From Okeania sp. (GTDB lineage Bacteria > Cyanobacteriota > Cyanobacteriia > Cyanobacteriales > Microcoleaceae): a stretch of 32,000 nt of DNA. Location of the stretch: the NCBI RefSeq assembly GCF_035285525.1, contig NZ_JAYKGW010000108.1, positions 1-32,000 of the forward strand, read 5' to 3'. The notes beneath the pieces were generated by a model. The model ran no database searches. It was not told where the DNA came from and saw only the letters and a program-made list of their open reading frames with translations. Positions 15,937 through 24,202 of the stretch are shown here, in pieces. The number at the start of each line of letters is the position of its first letter. The first letter of the stretch is position 1. The position numbers and the translations under genes are program-made.

Positions 15937-18378
15937 CTTGCTAAGTTCATTATAAATAGCCCATATTGCCATTGCTCTTAAATAATGACTAGCTCGAAAA
16001 GTACCTTCTGCTGTAATAGCTTCTGGAGTACGAAATTGTAAACCATTTTCATAAATTTGTTCTACCACTGCTTCAGTTATTTCTAAAGCTTCTTTTTTCA
16101 TACCAATTTGCACCATAAAAGCTGCTAAACCAAAGTTAATTCCTGTCCAAACTTCTAAAGGATGGGTAGCATCAGGATTCTCTGGAGAACCGTCAGGTAA
16201 CACCCCATTAACTGCACCAAATTTCCCATTATGAAAGTTTTTAAAACAAGAATTATAGACAGTTTTTAAAGCAGAAAATGCACATTCAATAGGTACAATA
16301 TCTGGTAATTTTAACAGTTTTGCATAAAATTGACCGCATAATTGGTCAGCCATTACTACTTCCGAATTACTCTCACTATCTAAACGATAATACTCCCCAT
16401 TCCATAGTTTTTCTTGATAAATAGGTAATGCTTTTTCTAACCAATTTTGATACACAGAAATTTGATTATTAATTGCATCTATAGAATTTTTATCAACCTC
16501 AGAATGGAAACCTTGGGGTGGATAATAAGGAATTTTTCTGGGATGTTCAATTAACACTTTCCCCATAGCGATCGCTGCCTCCAATGCAGCTAACCATAAC
16601 CCCCCACAATAAGCACTCACACCCCGTAACTGCCAATCATCAAAAGTTTGGTCTGGCGCTCCCTCATTTTCCGGAATGCCATCATTATCTTTGTCAAAAG
16701 CTTTGAGATATGCTACCGTTTCGACAATAGCAGACCAACATTGCCACAGAAACTCGTAATCATTTCCACCAGTCAATAAAAAGTCTCGATACACTTGCAA
16801 CACAAAATCACTGGATAAATCTTTCCACTGATTACAATCTTGATAACTGGTATAATTCGTCTTTTCCCAGGGATGCTCATTCGGTGCACCCAAATCATGG
16901 GGAGTTGCTCCAGCGATTTTTCTTACTGCCGATGCTTGATTATAACCAATAATTCTCGGTGTATCATCCGCCGTCGATATCGCCCGTGCAAACGCCACCA
17001 AGACTGACTTTTCTAGATCTGGCCACAACATCAACAGCCCAAAAGAACCATATAATCTCACATCTAAACTCTCGTACCAACGATAATCTAGACATTCCAC
17101 TACACCAAACTGACCTTTAGGATCACCTTCGCTAGCAGCACTCCAAAGAGTTCCCCCACTGGTGAGATCATAAAGCTCATTAAACAAAGCTGTCTTCAAC
17201 CAACCAGGTAAATCTTCCCGTTCCAGAATTGGGTTTTGCCAAGTTTCAATATTCTCCCGCCATCTTTGATAATGCTTCATCGCAGTACGAACCATCGACC
17301 AAGCATTTTTGCCATTGCGACCATAAAAATCTGTATAACGGCGATAATATGAAACTCCAGCACTAAACTCAGTCACAGGCAAATCCCAAACCAAAAAGAA
17401 AGGAATTTTCCGAGTTTTCCCTGGTCTAATAGTGAAACGAACTGATATCGCTACCCCGATCTGTTCTCCCTCAGTTGCAGGTAGTTCATTTTCTTCATCT
17501 ATGAGAGTACCATCCATCCCAAAGTAATGCCAGATATCTTCCCCGCTACCACTAGGGTTCCACCTTGTGTGATAAGTGACTTCCATACCTGCATTAGCAA
17601 ACGTTCCAATCGCCATTTGTCCCTCTCCTTCTGCGGGTTCGTCAGCGATATTTAATTTAGTCATCGTGCAACCAATGCGGTGAAAATCTTCCACTAATAG
17701 GTTAAAACTATCTGTACTCTCACCCCACAGGGGTTTGTATTCATAGACCGGACTCCCATCATCTCGAACTTTAACTTCTGGTGTTTTCACAAAGTTGGTA
17801 AACCAACCAATAGTATTCTGCCAACTCAGCATGATACTAAGAGTAATTGCTTCATCTGTGGGATTATGGGCCGTCCATTCAAATATAGCGATCGGATAAC
17901 TGGTTTCTTGATAGTTACCTGCCCAGATTGGGGAAAATTGTTCACAACTTAATTGGGCATTAAATACATTTTCATAGACAAACCAACTCCGGGGATAAAG
18001 AGCATGATAAGTGCCAGTATGTTCCCCTGCTTTTTCTTTAGGATACCACTGCCAAGCAGAAAGACTGCCATCTGTAGGTGGTTCAGTGGATAAAGCATAA
18101 GCTTGTTTCTGGCCTTTTGTTTCTTCAAAAACGCTAAATTGACAACCAGGCAAATTTTGATAAATGTGTTCGCCACCGTCAAGATGCCACAAATTAAAAT
18201 CGCCCCGTGGGGAACGACCGATAGCACCTGCACCAAAGCCTCCAAGGGGCATTCCGTGCCAGGGGCCATCATCCAGATTACTGCTATAACGGACTTTATA
18301 AGGTTTGTCCCAATCAAGACCAATGGAACGATTCCAAGTATAGGGAGGAATGTTAGGGTTAGGATTTTGTTTATTCAT
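15934..18378 (-). CDS. GH116-family beta-glucosidase (GBA2 / bile-acid beta-glucosidase-like, glucosylceramidase homologue)
   Basis: 814 aa. The N-terminal segment GMPLGGFGAGAIGRSPRGDFNLWH and the overall length are typical of GBA2-type enzymes. There is a C-terminal (alpha/alpha)6-like region. Confidence 0.85.
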   Translation of the reverse strand: MNKQNPNPNIPPYTWNRSIGLDWDKPYKVRYSSNLDDGPWHGMPLGGFGAGAIGRSPRGDFNLWHLDGGEHIYQNLPGCQFSVFEETKGQKQAYALSTEPPTDGSLSAWQWYPKEKAGEHTGTYHALYPRSWFVYENVFNAQLSCEQFSPIWAGNYQETSYPIAIFEWTAHNPTDEAITLSIMLSWQNTIGWFTNFVKTPEVKVRDDGSPVYEYKPLWGESTDSFNLLVEDFHRIGCTMTKLNIADEPAEGEGQMAIGTFANAGMEVTYHTRWNPSGSGEDIWHYFGMDGTLIDEENELPATEGEQIGVAISVRFTIRPGKTRKIPFFLVWDLPVTEFSAGVSYYRRYTDFYGRNGKNAWSMVRTAMKHYQRWRENIETWQNPILEREDLPGWLKTALFNELYDLTSGGTLWSAASEGDPKGQFGVVECLDYRWYESLDVRLYGSFGLLMLWPDLEKSVLVAFARAISTADDTPRIIGYNQASAVRKIAGATPHDLGAPNEHPWEKTNYTSYQDCNQWKDLSSDFVLQVYRDFLLTGGNDYEFLWQCWSAIVETVAYLKAFDKDNDGIPENEGAPDQTFDDWQLRGVSAYCGGLWLAALEAAIAMGKVLIEHPRKIPYYPPQGFHSEVDKNSIDAINNQISVYQNWLEKALPIYQEKLWNGEYYRLDSESNSEVVMADQLCGQFYAKLLKLPDIVPIECAFSALKTVYNSCFKNFHNGKFGAVNGVLPDGSPENPDATHPLEVWTGINFGLAAFMVQIGMKKEALEITEAVVEQIYENGLQFRTPEAITAEGTFRASHYLRAMAIWAIYNELSK

Positions 18379-18393
18379 ACCCTATATTTTATT

Positions 18394-18449
18394 AAGTTAA
18401 AAGTTAAAAGTCAAAAGTAATTAAGGTAGGGAGTAGGGAGTAGGGAGTA
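18394..18449. repeat. Two adjacent STRR arrays (AAGTTAA x ~3.7, then GTAGGGA x 3.4)
   Basis: Read directly, 16 nt upstream of the GH116 start codon. GTAGGGA recurs at 18506-18520 and, inverted, at 26232-26256. Confidence 0.9.
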
Positions 18450-18607
18450 CTTAAGAGTTAGGAAGAATGGGAGTTATAGAGGAATTAGTTGTCAGAATTG
18501 TCAAGGTAGGGAGTAGGGACTAGTTAGGGCTTGCTGATTAAATTTGAAAGTCTTTACAGATAAACCTTTTAGCATTTTTAGGTAGGTCAAAAGTACCAGC
18601 TTTTAAG
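18421..18607. repeat. Two-module dispersed repeat (module B 18421-18500, module A 18525-18607)
   Basis: Module A blocks TAGGGCTTGC, CAGATAAA and AAAAGTACCAGCTTTTA recur with the same spacing at 26017-26098. Module B blocks TTAAGGTAG, GTAGGGA repeats and TATAGAGGAATTAGTT recur inverted at 26155-26268. Confidence 0.7.
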
Positions 18608-18702
18608 TCTTGAAAGCTAAAAAGTCTAGGATTTTTGGCTAATTGTGACAGAAAATCAAGGGATAACTCTTCTGGCTACCTCTTCTGTAATTCTTATTCC
18701 TT

Positions 18703-18729
18703 CTGGATTGCTGGATTGCTGGATTCTGG
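18703..18729. repeat. Octamer tandem repeat (CTGGATTG x 3.4)
   Basis: Read directly, about 40 nt downstream of the histidine kinase stop codon. Confidence 0.85.
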
Positions 18730-18767
18730 CTTCTCCCTGCTACTAAAAGACTGAAGAAGCGCAAATC

Positions 18768-20525
18768 CTAGATAGGAAGAGCGATCGCAAATTCTGTTCC
18801 CTTTCCTAGTTCAGAAGTAACTTCTATTTTTCCCCTATGCTTTTGAATAATTTGATAAGAAATTGACAACCCTAAACCAGTTCCCTTCCCTGTTGGTTTG
18901 GTTGTAAAAAATGGGTCAAAAATTTTATCTGTAATTTTAGGTGGTATTCCTGGACCGTTATCTCGAATTTTGACAAATACTTGGTCTTGAGCTGCCTTTC
19001 CTGTTTGAATCACAATTTGTTTCGGTTGAATATCCGACTCCAATATCGCATCAATAGCATTAGAAATTATATTCATAAATACCTGATTTAATTGAGCTGG
19101 ATAACATTCTACTAAAGGTAAATCCCCGTAATTTTTGACAATTTCAATTTCACGTTTTAGCTTGTGATTAAGAATTAACAGGGTGTTATCAATGCCTTCG
19201 TGAATGTCTACAGATTTGAGGTGACTTTCATCCAGTCGAGAAAAATTCCGTAGCGACACTACAATATTCTGAATCCGATCAGTACCTATCTCCATAGAAG
19301 AAATTATCTGGGGCAAATCAGATTTAATGTAATCAATATCAATTTCAGTTATTAAATCTTCTATTTCTGGATGCGAATCAGGATACACTTGTTCATAAAG
19401 ACTGACCAAATCTAATATATTTTGTGTATATTCCTGAAGATAACTTATATTACCATGAATAAAATTGATTGGGTTATTAATTTCGTGAGCTATTCCTGCT
19501 ACCATCTCTCCCAGACTAGACATTTTTTCGGTTTGAATTAACTGTGTCTGGGTGTTTTGTAAGTCTTCCAAAGCTTGTGTTAATTCTATCGTCCGTTTTT
19601 CTACTTTTTGATTAGCTAACTTTAAATCTTGAGTGTACTCTCCTACCCATTGAATGAGTTGATTGAAAGAAAGAGCTAATAACCCCACTTCATCATTAGT
19701 GCTGACTGTAGCTTGCAACTCAAAATTAGATTCTGCTGTCACCCTTTGAGCAGTTTTAGTCAAACTCTTGAGAGGGCGAGCGATCGCTTGACTGGTATAA
19801 ATAGCTAAACAAGTAGCGATCGCTGCTGATAGCAAAATACTGCCAATAGTAATTTTTTGACGTAAAGTTTCTGAATGGAACATTTCGTGATTAGCCATGT
19901 TTTGGTTTTGTTCCACTTTATTGATTAACTTGTTTAACTTTTCAGAAAGCTTTTCAAACTCAATGCGAATTGCAATTGCCTCTTGACTTGTATTGATAGC
20001 TAATATTTCTTGTTTGGCAGTTGAAATATCTTCTGGTCGCAAATTAATCGGATCTATTTCCTGCCAACTTTTCTCCATTAATTGACTATATGAATTCCAT
20101 GTCTGACGATAATCTTGTAATATAGACTGAACAATTTCTGGACTCATGTCTAATTGATTAGCTTGATTTTCAACCATCTCATCAAGAGCAACAATTATTT
20201 CTTTTAATTGCTGACTCTTACCCAAGAACTTGGTAGTTTCATATTTAAACCATACAGGATTTCCAATCACAACAGCTAATTGTTGAGGATGGAATTGTAC
20301 CTGCCAAATACAATTTTCTAATTCCTTTAACAGACTTAATTTCCTGTTTGTCAATTCTAGCTCTTCTACAGTTATTTTGTGGTAATAATTTCCTGCCATT
20401 AACCCTACCGCTGTACCCAACACAGCAATGCCAATTACCAGAGAATAACCATAACCAATTTTTTGGGCAATACTCAAACCTTTGCTCCAGCGCTTAACTG
20501 GAGAGAAAAGTTTCCCAATTTTCAT
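18768..20525 (-). CDS. Sensor histidine kinase (two TM segments, extracytoplasmic domain, HAMP, HisKA, HATPase_c)
   Basis: 585 aa. H-box [15 protein letters not shown]-box [14 protein letters not shown]1 [10 protein letters not shown]2 [16 protein letters not shown] segments lie near aa 27-48 and 216-236, followed by a HAMP-like segment. Confidence 0.9.
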   Translation of the reverse strand: MKIGKLFSPVKRWSKGLSIAQKIGYGYSLVIGIAVLGTAVGLMAGNYYHKITVEELELTNRKLSLLKELENCIWQVQFHPQQLAVVIGNPVWFKYETTKFLGKSQQLKEIIVALDEMVENQANQLDMSPEIVQSILQDYRQTWNSYSQLMEKSWQEIDPINLRPEDISTAKQEILAINTSQEAIAIRIEFEKLSEKLNKLINKVEQNQNMANHEMFHSETLRQKITIGSILLSAAIATCLAIYTSQAIARPLKSLTKTAQRVTAESNFELQATVSTNDEVGLLALSFNQLIQWVGEYTQDLKLANQKVEKRTIELTQALEDLQNTQTQLIQTEKMSSLGEMVAGIAHEINNPINFIHGNISYLQEYTQNILDLVSLYEQVYPDSHPEIEDLITEIDIDYIKSDLPQIISSMEIGTDRIQNIVVSLRNFSRLDESHLKSVDIHEGIDNTLLILNHKLKREIEIVKNYGDLPLVECYPAQLNQVFMNIISNAIDAILESDIQPKQIVIQTGKAAQDQVFVKIRDNGPGIPPKITDKIFDPFFTTKPTGKGTGLGLSISYQIIQKHRGKIEVTSELGKGTEFAIALPI

Positions 20526-20699
20526 ACCAAGTTCCTCATCAGTAGCCTTTTATACCATTTTATTTATATCAACAGTCAGACTTTATCAGCCATAAGTTAG
20601 ATTTAATTAACTAAAAACTTTCATAAGACAATAGTTTCAGTTAATTATTAGACATTTTCAAGTTGAAAACTATTTGTGACATCTTTAAAGTGAATAGGT

Positions 20700-20851
20700 C
20701 AGGACTTACACGGGAGGCACTATATATAGAGTCTTGGTGCGTTGTGCGCTTTTCATGTCGCGCAGCGTTTCGGCGCTTGAGCCGATATATAAAGCGGAGC
20801 TTTGCGGAACGCAAAACGTACCCTACCAATAGCGTTCATGTGCAAGTCCTA
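20700..20851. mobile_element. MITE, CAGGACTTAC family (152 bp, GC-richer core)
   Basis: Ends are CAGGACTTACACG and CATGTGCAAGTCCTA. TSD TAGGT at 20695-20699 and 20852-20856. Confidence 0.8.
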
Positions 20852-20887
20852 TAGGTATTAATTTTATTATACCAAGCTTAAAATATT

Positions 20888-21025
20888 TAGGACTTACGCA
20901 AAGCAAGGTATTTCTGTCATTGCTGGTTCCGCAGCTTTGCGTTAGCAAGCAACAGTATTTGCGAAACAGTCCGTCAGAATAGCAACCTCAAATAACCAAA
21001 ATTCGTTCCCAATGCGTAAGTCATG
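20888..21025. mobile_element. MITE, same family (138 bp)
   Basis: Ends are TAGGACTTACGCA and TGCGTAAGTCATG. TSD ATATT at 20883-20887 and 21026-21030. Confidence 0.8.
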
Positions 21026-21043
21026 ATATTAATCCCAAAATAC

Positions 21044-21147
21044 TAGGACTTACACGGGAGGAAGTCGGTTTCTAGGATAAATCCTTGTTTTGAGCAATAG
21101 ATGTCTATGATCGTACCGGGTTTTTGGGTTCACTTGCGTAAATCCTG
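21044..21147. mobile_element. MITE, same family (104 bp, AAACCCGGTTT-type core); no clean TSD
   Basis: Ends are TAGGACTTACACGGGAGG and TGCGTAAATCCTG. The core aligns with 22095-22199 and 26468-26571. The flanks AATAC and AACCC do not match. Confidence 0.7.
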
Positions 21148-21169
21148 AACCCAAAAAAGCAGCATTTTT

Positions 21170-21197
21170 CCTTCTACCTTCTACCTTCTACCTTCTA
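21170..21197. repeat. STRR heptamer array (CCTTCTA x 4) abutting the binding-protein stop codon
   Basis: Read directly. The stop codon is at 21199-21201. Confidence 0.9.
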
Positions 21198-21198
21198 C

Positions 21199-22080
21199 TT
21201 ACTTAATAAAATTTTCATTCCCCATTGCTTTATAAACCTCACGAATCATATCATAATCACTATCATTAACAGGAGTGAAGGTAGAACCCGTGAACTTAGA
21301 AGCAAAATGTGGCGTAGAAAGAATTGCTCGCAACAGTATATCCTGATTTGCCAACATCCGCTGGCGAATTTCATCTACCAACATCGGTTCTAATTTGCCA
21401 CTACCAAGAAATACATCACTGGGCAATAGTTCACCCTGGATAAGTATGGGATAATCTTTTTGGGATAAACCCTCATCTCCTAGAGTTTTTTTGTATCTAT
21501 GTAAAACTCTTCCCCAGGCATCAACCTCACCATTTTTTAATGCCTTCAACTGATAATCTTCTGAGTTAATAATTTTCACATCTGATAGCGGGTTCAACCC
21601 GGCATCTATTAGCATTTTTATCTGCGCTATATGATTGCCTGTGATACCTATTTCACCTAACTCAATTGTTTTACCTTTCAAATCAGCTAATGACTTGATT
21701 CCGCTATTTGCACGGACTGCTATAATAGCACGATAGTTAAGGCGTGTTAGGGCAACAATGGGTATTGCATTTGTCCTCGCTCTAATGATTACATATTCTG
21801 ATGGTCCAACATGAATTAAATCTACCTCATCCAACTGTAATGCTGTTGTGGCATCGACTAGGTTATTAACAGGAAAAAATTCTATTTTTGTTTCTAATAC
21901 ATCTGCCAAAGTAGTGATAAATTGACCATATTCCTGCTCTAATTCTGCCAGACCTTGAACATCGCTCACAGCAAATAGCAGTTTCTTTTTATTCTGAAGC
22001 CAAAAATTTCTATTATCTGTGATTGTTGTACAACCTGCAATAGATAGAAAAAAATACCAAAGGAAATGACGTCTTAACAT
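21199..22080 (-). CDS. PhnD-like (phosphate/phosphonate-type) periplasmic substrate-binding lipoprotein, orphan
   Basis: 293 aa. Lipobox LSIAGC. The pattern LLFAVSDVQG...FFPVNNLVDATTALQLDEVDLIHVGPSEYVI is typical of the PhnD/SsuA-like fold. No permease or ATPase gene lies nearby. Confidence 0.7.
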   Translation of the reverse strand: MLRRHFLWYFFLSIAGCTTITDNRNFWLQNKKKLLFAVSDVQGLAELEQEYGQFITTLADVLETKIEFFPVNNLVDATTALQLDEVDLIHVGPSEYVIIRARTNAIPIVALTRLNYRAIIAVRANSGIKSLADLKGKTIELGEIGITGNHIAQIKMLIDAGLNPLSDVKIINSEDYQLKALKNGEVDAWGRVLHRYKKTLGDEGLSQKDYPILIQGELLPSDVFLGSGKLEPMLVDEIRQRMLANQDILLRAILSTPHFASKFTGSTFTPVNDSDYDMIREVYKAMGNENFIK

Positions 22081-22094
22081 AATGAATAATTAAT

Positions 22095-22199
22095 CAGGAC
22101 TTACACGGGAGAAACCCGGTTTCTACAGTAAATCATTGTTTTTGACAATAAATATCCACGCTCGTACCGGGTTTCTGAGTTCGCATGGCTTTAGTCCTG
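22095..22199. mobile_element. MITE, same family (105 bp), 14 nt upstream of the binding-protein start codon
   Basis: Ends are CAGGACTTACACGGGAG and CATGGCTTTAGTCCTG. TSD TTAAT at 22090-22094 and 22200-22204. Confidence 0.85.
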
Positions 22200-22200
22200 T

Positions 22201-22242
22201 TAATAATTAATAATTAACAATTAATAATTAATAATGGATAAT
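22201..22242. repeat. STRR heptamer array (TAATAAT/TAACAAT x 6)
   Basis: Read directly. Confidence 0.85.
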
Positions 22243-22368
22243 TGATCGTAGAAGAAATGTAGGAGGTGTAGGGTGGAAGTCCGTTTTTATGAATGCAACT
22301 TGTATATATTCCAAACCATTCAATCCCCACACTTCCCACTCTCTCCTGTAAGCAATCTCTAACTCACT

Positions 22369-23838
22369 CTAACTCAAAACCCAATTAACTAGAGTCCGAA
22401 CCCCGTAACCAGTTGCACCAGTATTATTGTAACCATCTTCTGCATCTACCCAAGCTGTACCAGCAATATCTAAATGTGCCCAAGGTGTATCTTTAATAAA
22501 CTGCTTCAAAAATAAAGCAGCAGTAATAGCACCACCAGGACGAGGACCCGTATTTTTCATATCAGCGTGGATAGCTTTCATTCCCTCGAAATATTTCTCT
22601 TCCAAAGGCATCCGCCACATTTTCTCTCCTGATTTTTCTGCTGCTGCTGTTAGTTCTGCTGCTAAGTCATCATTGGGACTCCACAAACCAGCAATATCAT
22701 TACCCAATGCTACAACGCAAGCACCAGTCAGAGTTGCTAAATCTACAATTGCATCTACTTCCAATTTTTCAGCAAAAACTAACGCATCTGCTAAAGTCAA
22801 ACGACCCTCTGCATCTGTATTGTTAACTTCAATAGTTTTGCCATTGGAAGCAGTGAGAAAATCACCAGGGTGCATAGCATGACCGCTAATCATATTTTCA
22901 GTGACAGCGCTGATAAAGTGAACTTCCACATCTGGTTTCAATTGAGCGATCGCTTTCACTGCACCAAAAGTTGCACCTGCTCCACTCATATCAGTTTTCA
23001 TCATTTCAATGCTACTACCACCTACTTTGAGGTTTAAACCACCGGAGTCAAATGTTAATCCTTTTCCAACTATGGCTAGTTTGCGACGGGGAGTACCTTC
23101 TGGTTTGTAAGTGATATGAATAAATTTTGGTGGTAAGTCAGAAGCTTGAGCAACTCCCAAAAAAGCTCCCATTCCTAGTTTTTCGCAATCTTCTTTTTCC
23201 AGAATTTCTAGTTCTAGACCAAATTCTTGAGCTAAAGCTTCAGCAGTTTCTGCCATAGTTATTGGAGTACAAGAATTAGCGGGTGCTGCTACAAGTTCCC
23301 TGGCAAGAATAACTCCAGAACAAATTTGTCGGGCGCGGGCGATCGCTTCATCGACACCAGCTAAACTAATTAATTCTACTTTTTCTACATCTGTTCCTAG
23401 ATTTTCTAGTTCCGATTTAAAGCGATTATCTTGATGGAGAACTAACTCAATGCCTTCAGTTATAGCTGTAGCTGTAGAATTAGCATCTTGACATATTGGC
23501 AGACTAATGCCTAGAGTTTTACATCTCTCCTGTTTTGCCAAACGTCCAGATATCCCTGCTGCTTGGCGTAAAGTATCTAATTTTAAGTCTTCTGATTTAC
23601 CCAAACCCACAATAATAATTTTGCGAATAGGGTTTTTACCACCGACACGAGTTGAGGCGCTACTGTTAATTTTACCCTTAAATTCTGTTTCTGCAATGAG
23701 TTCAGATAAAGTACCAGCCAAGAGTTCGTCCAATTTGGCCATGTCCCCGGTTAATTCTATGGCATCTTCAAATAAACCAATAGCTAGGGCATCTCCGGCC
23801 CATTCTAACTGAGATGTATTAGTTGCTCTAATTTCCAT
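22369..23838 (-). CDS. pepA: Leucyl aminopeptidase (M17 family)
   Basis: 489 aa with the M17 signature NTDAEGRL ([16 protein letters not shown]) and [10 protein letters not shown]. Confidence 0.92.
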   Translation of the reverse strand: MEIRATNTSQLEWAGDALAIGLFEDAIELTGDMAKLDELLAGTLSELIAETEFKGKINSSASTRVGGKNPIRKIIIVGLGKSEDLKLDTLRQAAGISGRLAKQERCKTLGISLPICQDANSTATAITEGIELVLHQDNRFKSELENLGTDVEKVELISLAGVDEAIARARQICSGVILARELVAAPANSCTPITMAETAEALAQEFGLELEILEKEDCEKLGMGAFLGVAQASDLPPKFIHITYKPEGTPRRKLAIVGKGLTFDSGGLNLKVGGSSIEMMKTDMSGAGATFGAVKAIAQLKPDVEVHFISAVTENMISGHAMHPGDFLTASNGKTIEVNNTDAEGRLTLADALVFAEKLEVDAIVDLATLTGACVVALGNDIAGLWSPNDDLAAELTAAAEKSGEKMWRMPLEEKYFEGMKAIHADMKNTGPRPGGAITAALFLKQFIKDTPWAHLDIAGTAWVDAEDGYNNTGATGYGVRTLVNWVLS

Positions 23839-23946
23839 GTTGATTTCTTTTTAAGTATTAATAGAATATCTTAATCTGTTTTATATCTATTTCAGGAATG
23901 TTCCATAGGATTTGGTCTCGAAAAAAGAGGGAGAAAAAAAAATTAA

Positions 23947-24047
23947 TAGATATTTCCAAAAATAAAAAATAGAATCAATTATTGGAGAGAAATTATCTAT
24001 TCTTTCCCCCTAATTCCTACTTCCTACTGCCTTTTTTCTGAAGATAT
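23947..24047. repeat. ~100-bp element, copy 1 (upstream of the methyltransferase gene)
   Basis: TAGATATTTCCAAAAATAAAAAAT...GGAGAGAAATTATCTATTCTTTCC...CTTTTTTCTGAAGAT aligns with 25913-26011 in the same orientation. Confidence 0.8.
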
Positions 24048-24137
24048 TATGGAAATAGCAACTTTGAAAAAAAAATCAGATAGATAATACAAATTTGACA
24101 TTAAAATCTAGAAATCACCACATAATTGAACGCTAAT

Positions 24138-24165
24138 TTGACGACTGTTTCATAGTATGTATAAG
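24138..24165 (+). promoter_or_regulatory. Candidate sigma70-type promoter TTGACG-N16-TATAAG
   Basis: TTGACG at 24138-24143 and TATAAG at 24160-24165, ~35 nt upstream of the methyltransferase start. An ATTATCTATT box starts at 24166. Pattern match only. Confidence 0.25.
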
Positions 24166-24202
24166 ATTATCTATTATACTCTAAAAATAAACACTATTAT
24201 GA

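Noticed and set aside
17949-18420. ORFs 17949-18323 (minus) and 18103-18420 (plus)
   Set aside because: These are an alternative-frame ORF and an antisense ORF overlapping the N-terminal part of the GH116 gene, whose own frame carries the conserved GBA2-type motifs.
20641-20854. Two overlapping ORFs (62 aa and 63 aa) on opposite strands
   Set aside because: Both are read through the 152-bp MITE at 20700-20851. Their sequence is repeat-derived.
22673-23812. Plus-strand ORFs 22673-22882 and 23507-23812
   Set aside because: Both are antisense within pepA and are Ser/Ala/Pro-rich shadow frames.
23980-24202. Glycine riboswitch upstream of the glycine methyltransferase-like gene
   Set aside because: Only a GGAGAG hexamer (23985-23990, also at 25951-25956) is present. 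I do not see the conserved ACCGAAGGGGCAA or CTCTGGAGAG elements or the tandem aptamer architecture.
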